In this document: positions 7,267 through 14,962 of the stretch, in pieces
How positions within the stretch are numbered: the first letter of the stretch is position 1
Layout of the letters: the number at the start of each line of letters is the position of its first letter
Assembly: GCA_037147375.1 (NCBI GenBank)
Contig: JBAWVI010000007.1
Span: forward strand, 1 to 15,913
Direction: 5' to 3'
Length of the DNA stretch: 15,913 nucleotides
DNA from: an archaeon
GTDB lineage: Archaea; Iainarchaeota; Iainarchaeia; Iainarchaeales; CSSED10-239
Position numbers and translations under genes: made by a program
The notes under the pieces: model-generated
The model's database searches: none
What the model saw: the letters and a program-made list of their open reading frames with translations, nothing else
What the model was told of the DNA's origin: nothing

Positions 7267-8460
7267 TTAAATATCATTTTCTAATATAGAATATATAAAA
7301 TTTTCAACAACGTTAATTGCTTTGATTATATCTCTCAAATTTATAAATTCATTATCTGAATGAGCAAAGGATAGATCCCCTGGGCCAAAAACAATTGTAG
7401 GTATATTTTTTTTAAGTACAAATAATCTAGAATCACAACTTGCAGGAAATCCTTTTACATCCGGGTAAGATACAAGCGTTTTGCTACACACAGATATAAA
7501 CTTACTTAGATATTTGTTTTCTTTAATTTCATAAGGATTATTATGCAGAGAATTAAAATATATATTATAATGTTTCTTAGATTTAACAGTAAATAATTTT
7601 AAATACTTTTGTGTGCCTCTTTCAATAGCACATTTTAATTCATTTTTAATTTGAGTAACATTTTTATTTGATAAAAAACCAATAGCCCCATAAAAAGTAA
7701 CTTTATTAGGCAATGTTGAATTAATCAATCCTCCTTGGATTTTACCAATATTTAATTGAATTGGTAATGGATAATATCGAAAATAAATGTGATTCTTTGA
7801 TTCTTTAATTAAAGATTTCCAGTATTTATTTAACTCTAAAATAATATATGTTGTTTTATAAATTGCATTATCACCTTCATTAAATTTACCCATATGTGTA
7901 GATTTACCATATATATCAACAGTAAACCATAATGCACCTCTACAAGCATTGCAAATAACAAAATTAGTAGGCTCAAAAACAATAGCAAAATTAGCTTTCT
8001 GTTCATTTTGTAACAAAGATAAAGTACCATTACCACCAGTTTCTTCACAATTAGCAAAATGGATTATAATATTCGGAATTTTATTTTTTGAGTTATGTAT
8101 CTTTTTAAGTAATCCTAAAACTAAAACCACTTGCCCTAAAGCATCGCAAGAACCTCTCCCATAAATAGTATTATTAAAAATAGAACATTTAGACATCTTT
8201 GCACTTGCAGGAACTGTGTCAAAATGTGTATTTAATATGATAGTATCTTTAGAATTGTTATTTAATTTTATACGAATACTTTTTTGTCCTAATTCATCTG
8301 TCTTTGTAAAATCAGGATCAACACCTAGACTTTTTTTAATGGAAATAATTTCAAATTGTAAATTCAATTGTTTCAGAACATTACATATTATATCTATCCT
8401 TTTTGAATCTGTATCTGCATTAATGAGTTTAGAAAGTGTTCTTATTAAAAATTCTTTCAT
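7267..8460 (-). CDS. M20-family metallo-amidohydrolase (ArgE/DapE/LysK-like deacylase or peptidase)
   Basis: 397-aa ORF. Metal and catalytic motifs appear in order: LNTHFDTVP, GRGSCDALG, NCEETGGNG (catalytic EE), FEPT, GALWFTVDIYGKSTHMG, FAHSDNEFI. The ATG overlaps the stop of the upstream ATP-grasp gene (ATGA at 8457-8460). Confidence 0.85.
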   Translation of the reverse strand: MKEFLIRTLSKLINADTDSKRIDIICNVLKQLNLQFEIISIKKSLGVDPDFTKTDELGQKSIRIKLNNNSKDTIILNTHFDTVPASAKMSKCSIFNNTIYGRGSCDALGQVVLVLGLLKKIHNSKNKIPNIIIHFANCEETGGNGTLSLLQNEQKANFAIVFEPTNFVICNACRGALWFTVDIYGKSTHMGKFNEGDNAIYKTTYIILELNKYWKSLIKESKNHIYFRYYPLPIQLNIGKIQGGLINSTLPNKVTFYGAIGFLSNKNVTQIKNELKCAIERGTQKYLKLFTVKSKKHYNIYFNSLHNNPYEIKENKYLSKFISVCSKTLVSYPDVKGFPASCDSRLFVLKKNIPTIVFGPGDLSFAHSDNEFINLRDIIKAINVVENFIYSILENDI

Positions 8461-9671
8461 ATCGTTCTTATTTTTATTTTTTTAATAATATTATCACAAT
8501 TTATATTAGATTCTTTGCGAGAATTTCCTTTTGTAATAACAAATGCAACCATATCAGACAAATTTTTAAAATCACCTAAATATGTATTTTGTTTAGGCTC
8601 GGATCCTTTCCACCACCTAAATTCAACAAACCCAGGCATTTTAGAAATATTTGATTTATATTTAATATCTTTATAAAATCCATTTTTAAAAAAAATACAT
8701 TTAAATGTAACCCCTATACTTTTACTAATAAACACGTCTTTTTTTCTAGGCACCTTTCCTAACGCAACATAAATTGCAGCCACAATACTATTTGTACCAT
8801 ATGCCATATTATTTAACTTCCAAAAATTAGGGGAACCTAACCTTCCTGCCATTTCAATTATCTTTGGACCATCACAAGTATATATTAAATCTCCTTTAAC
8901 AACTCCGTTTTTTATTTTTAAAATATTAATTGCGCTAACAAATAGTTTGCATAAATTTTTATACTTTTCCTGCGATAAATTCGTTGGTAATACATCTCCC
9001 TGTTCAACAAAAAAAGGATTATATTTTTTATATAAATATATTCTATCCGAAAACCCAGTTATATAAATTTGATTATTTGAAACAATGGCTTCTATACTAT
9101 GTTCACTTCCTTTAAGAAATTCTTGTATAATAATATTATTCGAAACGGTTCTTGCATGAGAATACGATTCTAAAAGTTCTCCTTCATTTCTAACTTTTCT
9201 CACTCCTCTTGCACCAGCACAATCTACTGGTTTTATAACAAAAGGGTATTCAAAATGTTTTGTTTTACTTTTAAAGTCTTCAAAAGAATCCACTTTCATT
9301 GTTCTAGGAACCGGAATTTGCTTAGAACTTAACAATGTATACATTAAATATTTATTAGTAAATAATTCAGCTTGTTTAATAGATAAGCCAGGGAACCTAT
9401 ACATTTTAGAAATATGCGCAGATAGTTTAACCCCCTTTTCAAACCCAAAAGGGATTACTCCTGCAAACTCATCTTTTTTCCTATGCTTTTTTAAATAAAA
9501 CTTTATCTTATCAATTTCATCAAGTGATATAAAAAGCTGCTCATCATTTGCATCTATCCTTAAATCACGTTCCGATATAATAAATAAATCGAATCCATTT
9601 AATTTAATAAATTTTAACCCCTCTTCTATTCCTCCTCCAACCCCAGTTATTATAATTTTTTTTCGTTTCAT
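8457..9671 (-). CDS. ATP-grasp ligase (ATP-grasp_4 / L-amino-acid-ligase-like by eye)
   Basis: 404-aa ORF. N-terminal KKIIITGVGGG pre-ATP-grasp domain. Then NKYLMYTLLSSKQIPVPRT...YPFVIKPVDCAGARGVRKVRNEGEL...IIIQEFLKGSEHSIEAIV...VKGDLIYTCDGPKIIEMAGRLGS, which fits the ATP-grasp pattern (K-loop, E-x-[FY]-[IL]-x-G, ...[IV]E.N.R.gG). The ATG overlaps the stop of the upstream gene (ATGA at 9668-9671). Confidence 0.8.
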   Translation of the reverse strand: MKRKKIIITGVGGGIEEGLKFIKLNGFDLFIISERDLRIDANDEQLFISLDEIDKIKFYLKKHRKKDEFAGVIPFGFEKGVKLSAHISKMYRFPGLSIKQAELFTNKYLMYTLLSSKQIPVPRTMKVDSFEDFKSKTKHFEYPFVIKPVDCAGARGVRKVRNEGELLESYSHARTVSNNIIIQEFLKGSEHSIEAIVSNNQIYITGFSDRIYLYKKYNPFFVEQGDVLPTNLSQEKYKNLCKLFVSAINILKIKNGVVKGDLIYTCDGPKIIEMAGRLGSPNFWKLNNMAYGTNSIVAAIYVALGKVPRKKDVFISKSIGVTFKCIFFKNGFYKDIKYKSNISKMPGFVEFRWWKGSEPKQNTYLGDFKNLSDMVAFVITKGNSRKESNINCDNIIKKIKIRTI

Positions 9672-10675
9672 TTTTTCACAGATAATATCATTTTTTCTAG
9701 AAAATCAGCCAAGGTAATATTATTCAAATCATAAAATTTTTCAAATTGAAGACCAGTAAGTGATGTGCCTGGATTAAATTCTAATAAATATAATTTCCCA
9801 TCTTTCGATTCTCTAAAATCAAAACGGCCATAACTGTTTAAATTTAGTTTTTCTATTAATAATTTTATAATCTTCAAAATATTATTTGTAATTTCAATAT
9901 TTACTTTTTCCATTCGTTTTTCTCTTTTATCTTTTAGTATGTTTGATTGATATTTATAATCTTTCCAATTATTAAATATTACCTCACGTAACGCAATTGA
10001 ATGAAATCGGTTATCAAAAAAAGCATACGGAGTAGAAATATCGTTTCCATCAATAAATTCTTCAATCATCATAGGGGAATCGTATTTTTTAGAATGATTA
10101 TACGCAAATCTTAATGCATCATTTCTATTTTTGAAAATATTTTTATTCCCTTTTATTAATCCAATACTATTATCTAATTTAGCTGGCTTTACAATATAAG
10201 GACCTGAAAAAGGGATTTTAATTTTATAATTTATAGTTTTATACGATATTGTTATCCAATTCGGAGTTAATATACCCCATTGCCTAATAATACTTTTAAA
10301 ATGATCTTTGTTTTGAGCGAGAGCCTGAATATATGTTTCTTCCATTACATATGGAATTCCTAATAGTCTCATAGTAGATGGGAAATGCGCACCATCATAA
10401 ATATCATAACCATCTGTTATATTCCATCCCACTAAGTTATTCGTTTTTTGATATAATAATTTATTTAAATCATCTTTAGAACAAATAGGTATTAACTCAA
10501 AACCCTTACTTTCTAACGCGGCAATGATACAATTTATTTCTATATCTCTTTGAAGAAATCTAGATTTATCCTTAAATATTAAATCATTCTCTTTATTTTG
10601 TTTTTTTAACCAATTATTACGCCTTTCATAATATAATAATATCGTCATTTTATTAATCATCATTTGTACCCCCAT
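9668..10675 (-). CDS. D-alanine--D-alanine ligase-family ATP-grasp enzyme
   Basis: 335-aa ORF. Motifs: KDHFKSIIRQWGILTPNW, GPYIVKPAKLDNSIGL, MMIEEFIDGNDIS, and GRFDFRESKDGKLYLLEFNPGTSLT (compare Ddl gRvDf...dG.iyllEvNt.PG.T). The start is uncertain. The longest ORF start (10675) overlaps the upstream gene by 23 nt. An ATG at 10663 or 10660, preceded by GGGGGT, is at least as likely. Confidence 0.8.
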   Translation of the reverse strand: MGVQMMINKMTILLYYERRNNWLKKQNKENDLIFKDKSRFLQRDIEINCIIAALESKGFELIPICSKDDLNKLLYQKTNNLVGWNITDGYDIYDGAHFPSTMRLLGIPYVMEETYIQALAQNKDHFKSIIRQWGILTPNWITISYKTINYKIKIPFSGPYIVKPAKLDNSIGLIKGNKNIFKNRNDALRFAYNHSKKYDSPMMIEEFIDGNDISTPYAFFDNRFHSIALREVIFNNWKDYKYQSNILKDKREKRMEKVNIEITNNILKIIKLLIEKLNLNSYGRFDFRESKDGKLYLLEFNPGTSLTGLQFEKFYDLNNITLADFLEKMILSVKK

Positions 10676-11693
10676 CTATCTGTTGCATAATCTTTTGTAA
10701 TAAAAATAAATTGCCCTTGGCTTGGTTATAATCACACAAATATTCTTGAGTCCTTTTTTTTTCATATATACATTTTAAAGCCGTTGATAGAAATGCATAG
10801 ACTTTATTTAATTCTGGCAATTTAGATATGTAATTATTATTAGGATATTCTATGTTCATTATAATCTTTTTTGTATAATTGCACTTATTATATTTTAAAA
10901 TCTGTATTTTATCATAATCCCATAACACATTATCAAAAGATAATTTAATTTGATAACCTATATTCGGATCGTTTTTATCGTCAGCATATAATATTAGTTT
11001 ACGAATTCTTTCTAACCAGGTAAAGCTACTATGGCCAGTAATATTACATTTATCTAATTTTATCAATACATCTATACTATCAACAACAGGCACATCTAAT
11101 TGTGTAATGGGAAAATAAGTATAATTAATTACCTTTACAGATGTATTTGTTGGTTTTAAAATAAAAGTTAATAAATCTAATGGATGGGTTATATCAGCAT
11201 AAACACCCATAGTCTTTCTATAATCTAAAAATCTATCCTTTCCCCAAAGAAAGCTACCTTTTTTAAAAATTAAATTTTGTTTGTGTAAAAAGTTTTGCAA
11301 TTTTAATATTATTGGACTAAACCGTTCAACATAATTTACAAAAACTATCCTATTTTTAAAAAAGCTATCTAACTCATTACAATATTTTAACGTGGATACC
11401 AATGGTTTCTCTGAAATTAAGTCTATATTTTTTTTTAATTTAGATATTTCACGAAATATATTTTCGTGAGTATTATCATTTGTAGTCACAATTAATACAT
11501 CAAACTCAACTTTGAGTAATTCTTCAATTGATGAAAAAAATGGATAGTCATTAAATAATTTATTAACAGGTTTTTTTAAATCAGAAATACCTATAATTTC
11601 AATAGAATTATGACTTTCTGAAAAATAATTTAGACATCTAATAAAACGAGTGCCAGAGAATCCTAGCCCAATCAATGCAATTTTTAATTTCAT
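10653..11693 (-). CDS. Gfo/Idh/MocA-family NAD(P)-dependent oxidoreductase; first gene of the ligase operon
   Basis: 346-aa ORF. Rossmann motif MKLKIALIGLGFSGTRF, then VTTNDNTHENIFREISKLKKNIDLISEKPL (TPxxxH...EKP-type signature with N in place of P). AGGA lies 5 nt upstream of the ATG. Confidence 0.8.
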   Translation of the reverse strand: MKLKIALIGLGFSGTRFIRCLNYFSESHNSIEIIGISDLKKPVNKLFNDYPFFSSIEELLKVEFDVLIVTTNDNTHENIFREISKLKKNIDLISEKPLVSTLKYCNELDSFFKNRIVFVNYVERFSPIILKLQNFLHKQNLIFKKGSFLWGKDRFLDYRKTMGVYADITHPLDLLTFILKPTNTSVKVINYTYFPITQLDVPVVDSIDVLIKLDKCNITGHSSFTWLERIRKLILYADDKNDPNIGYQIKLSFDNVLWDYDKIQILKYNKCNYTKKIIMNIEYPNNNYISKLPELNKVYAFLSTALKCIYEKKRTQEYLCDYNQAKGNLFLLQKIMQQIDGGTNDD

Positions 11694-11741
11694 ATAATCC
11701 TTTTTTATATTTTTAAATAAATGTAATTAACAAATAATGAC

Positions 11742-13016
11742 TTAAAAAGATTCATTTTTCTTAATTTCGGTTTTACCATACATATATGGTTGTAAAATTT
11801 CTGGAATTTTTATGGTTCCTGCTTCTGTTTGAAAGTTTTCTAAAATAGCCACTAAAGTTCTAGTTATTGAAATGGCCGTACAATTCAAAGTGTGAACATG
11901 ATATTTATCACCACACTTTGTCTTGGCACATATATTTGATCCTATTGCTTGTGTTTCGGTTAAATTACTACAAGAACCTAATTCTATATATTTATTTCTA
12001 ATTGGACTCCAAACTTCAATATCTACTTGCTTTTTTTTCCAATCTCCTAAATCTCCTGAACACATTTGTAAATACCTAACATTAAAGCCTAAATCTAAAA
12101 GTAGGGTTTTTTGATTAAACAATAAATCGTTAAAATATTTATCAGAATCCGTTGGTTTACAAATTATAATTTGTTCTACCTTGTCGAATTGGTGTACTCT
12201 AAATAACCCTCTTTCATTTACTCCATGAGATCCTTTTTCTAATCTAAAACACGCTGAAAAAGAAAATAATTTAAGGGGTAATTTTTCTTCATCAATAACT
12301 TTATTTGTCAGCATAGCAATTAACGATAATTCTGAACTCCCTATTAGATATAAATCATTATTTTCAATTTTATATATTGAATCCTTAAAATCATTAAACG
12401 AAATCACTCCATCACATGCTTTTTTATTAACCGCAAATGGGGGTGCGATAAATAAATGTCCTTGCTTTTGCATAAAATCCTCAGCATATGCGATAAGGGC
12501 TTGATTTAAAAGAGCTAAATCAGCTTTTAAATAATAAAAGCCCTGTCCAGATAAATTTCTCGATGAATCGAAGTCAACCACATTTAAATTTTCTGCAAGA
12601 TCAATATGATTTTTTAAGCTAAAATTAAATATATGTTTTTTTCCAAAATTACCAATCTCTTTGTTAAAATTTTCATCTTTACCTATAGGAGTATCATCTG
12701 AAATTATATTTGGAATTTGTTCAACTATTTCATCAAATCTTAATTTAATTTTGTCTTGTTCTTGATTAATTTTTTTAATTTCATTATCTAAATCAATAGT
12801 ATTCTCTGATAATTCATTTTCCATTTTGTTTTTTATTCCCACAGAAATTTTATCTCTTATAACTACAAGCTCATTTATTTTAGATAGATTTTGGTGAAAT
12901 ATTATATCTAACTCAACAAATTCGTCTAATAGATTTAATTTACTTTCTTGGAATTTATGTTTAATATTTTCTTTTACTAGTGTTAGATTTTCACGTAGAA
13001 ATTTTATATCAATCAT
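11742..13016 (-). CDS. serS: Seryl-tRNA synthetase (class II)
   Basis: 424-aa ORF. It has the typical N-terminus MIDIKFLRENLTLVKENIK and a coiled-coil tRNA-binding arm. Motif 2 is FRLEKGSHGVNERGLFRVHQFDKVEQ. The motif 3 region is HTLNCTAISITRTLVAILENFQ. A GGTG Shine-Dalgarno sequence lies about 10 nt upstream of the ATG. Confidence 0.95.
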   Translation of the reverse strand: MIDIKFLRENLTLVKENIKHKFQESKLNLLDEFVELDIIFHQNLSKINELVVIRDKISVGIKNKMENELSENTIDLDNEIKKINQEQDKIKLRFDEIVEQIPNIISDDTPIGKDENFNKEIGNFGKKHIFNFSLKNHIDLAENLNVVDFDSSRNLSGQGFYYLKADLALLNQALIAYAEDFMQKQGHLFIAPPFAVNKKACDGVISFNDFKDSIYKIENNDLYLIGSSELSLIAMLTNKVIDEEKLPLKLFSFSACFRLEKGSHGVNERGLFRVHQFDKVEQIIICKPTDSDKYFNDLLFNQKTLLLDLGFNVRYLQMCSGDLGDWKKKQVDIEVWSPIRNKYIELGSCSNLTETQAIGSNICAKTKCGDKYHVHTLNCTAISITRTLVAILENFQTEAGTIKIPEILQPYMYGKTEIKKNESF

Positions 13017-13346
13017 ATATAATACACCATATATTCGAGAAACATTAATATAATATATAATACATTTTATTTTTATAAGTTTCTATATTAAAAGGAAATA
13101 AATTTTAGCAACTTTTATACACTAGTTTAACCAGATATATAATATGATTAAAGATAGAAAATAATCCAAATCGCTTCGCGATTTAATGTTTATCAGGAAC
13201 CATTACCTATACCTGAATTTACGGTCTTCAGCATATTATTTAATAACTAATCTACAGCCCAAAAAGAAACATCTGCTTTGTTTGAAATTTTATTGATTAG
13301 GCATAAGCTCTCAAATAGATAGTTTCACATTATTTTTCAAAGTAAA

Positions 13347-13793
13347 TCAAAAAAAGGTTTTATTTTTTGCAATAATCTTTTCCATAAATTTTAACTGGGA
13401 GGGTATAATTATATATTGTTGATAATTATCTTTATTTACCCACTTATAATCACAAATTTCTTTTTTTTGTAACTTAAACTTCTGATTTTGTTTTATTTTC
13501 GCAAAAAATACACTTCTTTCTTGACCTTCATAATAAATTCTAGTCTCTTTAAATTTCTGTTGTCTAATCTCATTTGGCCAATCAAATTTATCTATATATT
13601 TACTTTTGGATAATGACTTCATTTCAATACCTAATTCTTCTTTTACTTCTCTTTGTATTGTATCCTCTTCTGTTTCATTATTTTCAACACCACCAGCAGG
13701 AATTTTCCAATAATTTGATTTTCCGGTAGCAGAAACTAATATAAACTCTTTTTTATTATTTAAAATAAAAACAGATACCCCTTTTCTATACAT
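13347..13793 (-). CDS. Nudix hydrolase
   Basis: Complete Nudix box GGVENNETEEDTIQREVKEELGI (Gx5Ex7REUxEExGU). The ORF track starts at a GTG at 13805. I prefer the ATG at 13793 (MYRKGVSVF...) because GGTG sits 4 nt upstream of it. Confidence 0.88.
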   Translation of the reverse strand: MYRKGVSVFILNNKKEFILVSATGKSNYWKIPAGGVENNETEEDTIQREVKEELGIEMKSLSKSKYIDKFDWPNEIRQQKFKETRIYYEGQERSVFFAKIKQNQKFKLQKKEICDYKWVNKDNYQQYIIIPSQLKFMEKIIAKNKTFF

Positions 13794-13854
13794 CAAACAC
13801 CACACATTATATTTAATTTAATTATTTATACTTTTGGACGATAACAATATTAAT

Positions 13855-14871
13855 TTAGTAATCAAACAAACCTTTCTTTGATATTTCATCTATTGGCCTT
13901 GCTTGCTTGTTTAACTTCTTTTGTATACTGCTTGCAAGCTCTTCCTTAAACCCATGCATTGTGTAAACTTCTCTTGGATTTACTTCTTGCACAAATCTTA
14001 AAAGATTTGGATAATCACAATGATCTGAAAGATGATATACCTTACTTGAACGATTGTAATTCCAACCTGTTGCAATGTATGAACTAACTTCCTTATTTAA
14101 TTGATGGGAAAGAGAATTAATCAAATCTTTTGAAATTAGATTCATTGGAAGAATTAAAATATTACTCTCGGAGAGGTTGTGATCAAGGAGTTCATATTGT
14201 CCAAGAAATATAGCATTCTTTTCATAAACCTTTGAATAACTATACGTATCTTTATCAACTATTGGTTTTTCATTTAAATATTTATTAACAAGTGAAATTA
14301 ATTCTTGATTCTTTCCAAGAGTGTATCCTCCAATTAACACAAACTTATTATTATCTATGTCTTTCTTAATGGATTGAGAGAAACTCGTGTATATTTCATC
14401 TCTGTCTCCAAATGAAAACCCAGGTTTACCAAAGGTTGATTCCATAATAAGTATATCTGCGTGTATTGGCTCTGCTCCTTTTAAAAATAAAGAATCAGAA
14501 TTATTAAAATCCCCTGTGTAAAGAATTGTTTTTCCTGTGCCTTCATCTTCAATAAAAAACATTGTGCTCCCAAGGATGTGTCCAGCATTAAGAGGAGTAA
14601 TTGAAATAGTATCATTTATTTTTATTTTTTTATTATAATTAATTTCAGTAAAGTTTGTTATGCTTCCAGATCTTATCTTATTTTGAACATCTCTAATTAA
14701 TGAAATTGTTTCTTTACTTGCAAATGTATTTTGAGTTGTGGATGTTAAATGATCAGAATGAGAGTGAGTGATAAATGAATCAATCTCATCTTCATGAGAT
14801 TTTGATTGGTCAATATGTATCTTTTTATTTTTATCAGTTATTGATAAAAAATTATTATAACGAAGTTGCAT
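13855..14871 (-). CDS. Short metallo-beta-lactamase-fold beta-CASP nuclease (COG1236-like; resembles ligase-associated exonuclease / archaeal mRNA 3'-end processing factor homologs)
   Basis: 338-aa ORF. MBL motif ITHSHSDH, then PLNAGHILGS, YTGDFN, ILIMESTFGKP (beta-CASP motif A context), GGYTLGKNQELI, and the C-terminal HLSDHCDYPNLLRFVQEVNPREVYTMHG (motifs B/C). A GAGGA Shine-Dalgarno sequence lies upstream. Confidence 0.85.
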   Translation of the reverse strand: MQLRYNNFLSITDKNKKIHIDQSKSHEDEIDSFITHSHSDHLTSTTQNTFASKETISLIRDVQNKIRSGSITNFTEINYNKKIKINDTISITPLNAGHILGSTMFFIEDEGTGKTILYTGDFNNSDSLFLKGAEPIHADILIMESTFGKPGFSFGDRDEIYTSFSQSIKKDIDNNKFVLIGGYTLGKNQELISLVNKYLNEKPIVDKDTYSYSKVYEKNAIFLGQYELLDHNLSESNILILPMNLISKDLINSLSHQLNKEVSSYIATGWNYNRSSKVYHLSDHCDYPNLLRFVQEVNPREVYTMHGFKEELASSIQKKLNKQARPIDEISKKGLFDY

Positions 14872-14932
14872 AAATTATTGTCCTCTTCTCTTAAAAGTAG
14901 TTACTGGAATAGTTTATAAACATTTATTCTCC

Positions 14933-14943
14933 TAAATATATAA
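14933..14943 (+). promoter_or_regulatory. TATA-box-like element for the tRNA-Trp gene
   Basis: TAAATATATAA is centred about 25 nt upstream of tRNA position 1 (14963). This is the expected spacing for an archaeal TATA box. Confidence 0.5.
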
Positions 14944-14962
14944 GACCGAATAAACAATCTAT

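Noticed and set aside
7836-8485. Three short ORFs (7836-8057 -, 7949-8164 +, 8216-8485 +)
   Set aside because: All lie inside the M20 hydrolase CDS, either out of frame or antisense. The M20 frame carries the ordered metal-ligand motifs. The short ORFs translate to hydrophobic low-complexity sequence, as expected from AT-rich antisense.
7267-10675. Interpretation of ATP-grasp plus M20 as LysX/LysK (LysW-mediated lysine/arginine biosynthesis)
   Set aside because: The window has no LysW-like small acidic carrier, no ArgB/LysZ kinase, no ArgC/LysY reductase and no aminotransferase. One ligase is Ddl-like and the other is not RimK-like by motif. The associated redox enzymes belong to the Gfo/Idh/MocA family.
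11923-12114. 63-aa plus-strand ORF
   Set aside because: It is antisense to serS in the motif 3-proximal region. This is a shadow ORF.
13168-13184. Perfect 7-bp palindromic hairpin AAATCGC-TTC-GCGATTT in the serS-Nudix spacer
   Set aside because: It lies about 160 nt downstream of the Nudix stop and about 150 nt upstream of the serS start, with no adjacent T-tract on the minus strand. I cannot assign it as a terminator or an operator.
13794-13805. GTG start at 13805 for the Nudix gene (MWCLMYRKG...)
   Set aside because: The ATG at 13793 is preceded by GGTG at a suitable distance. The four extra residues (M-W-C-L) add nothing recognisable. The ATG start is preferred, although the GTG cannot be excluded.
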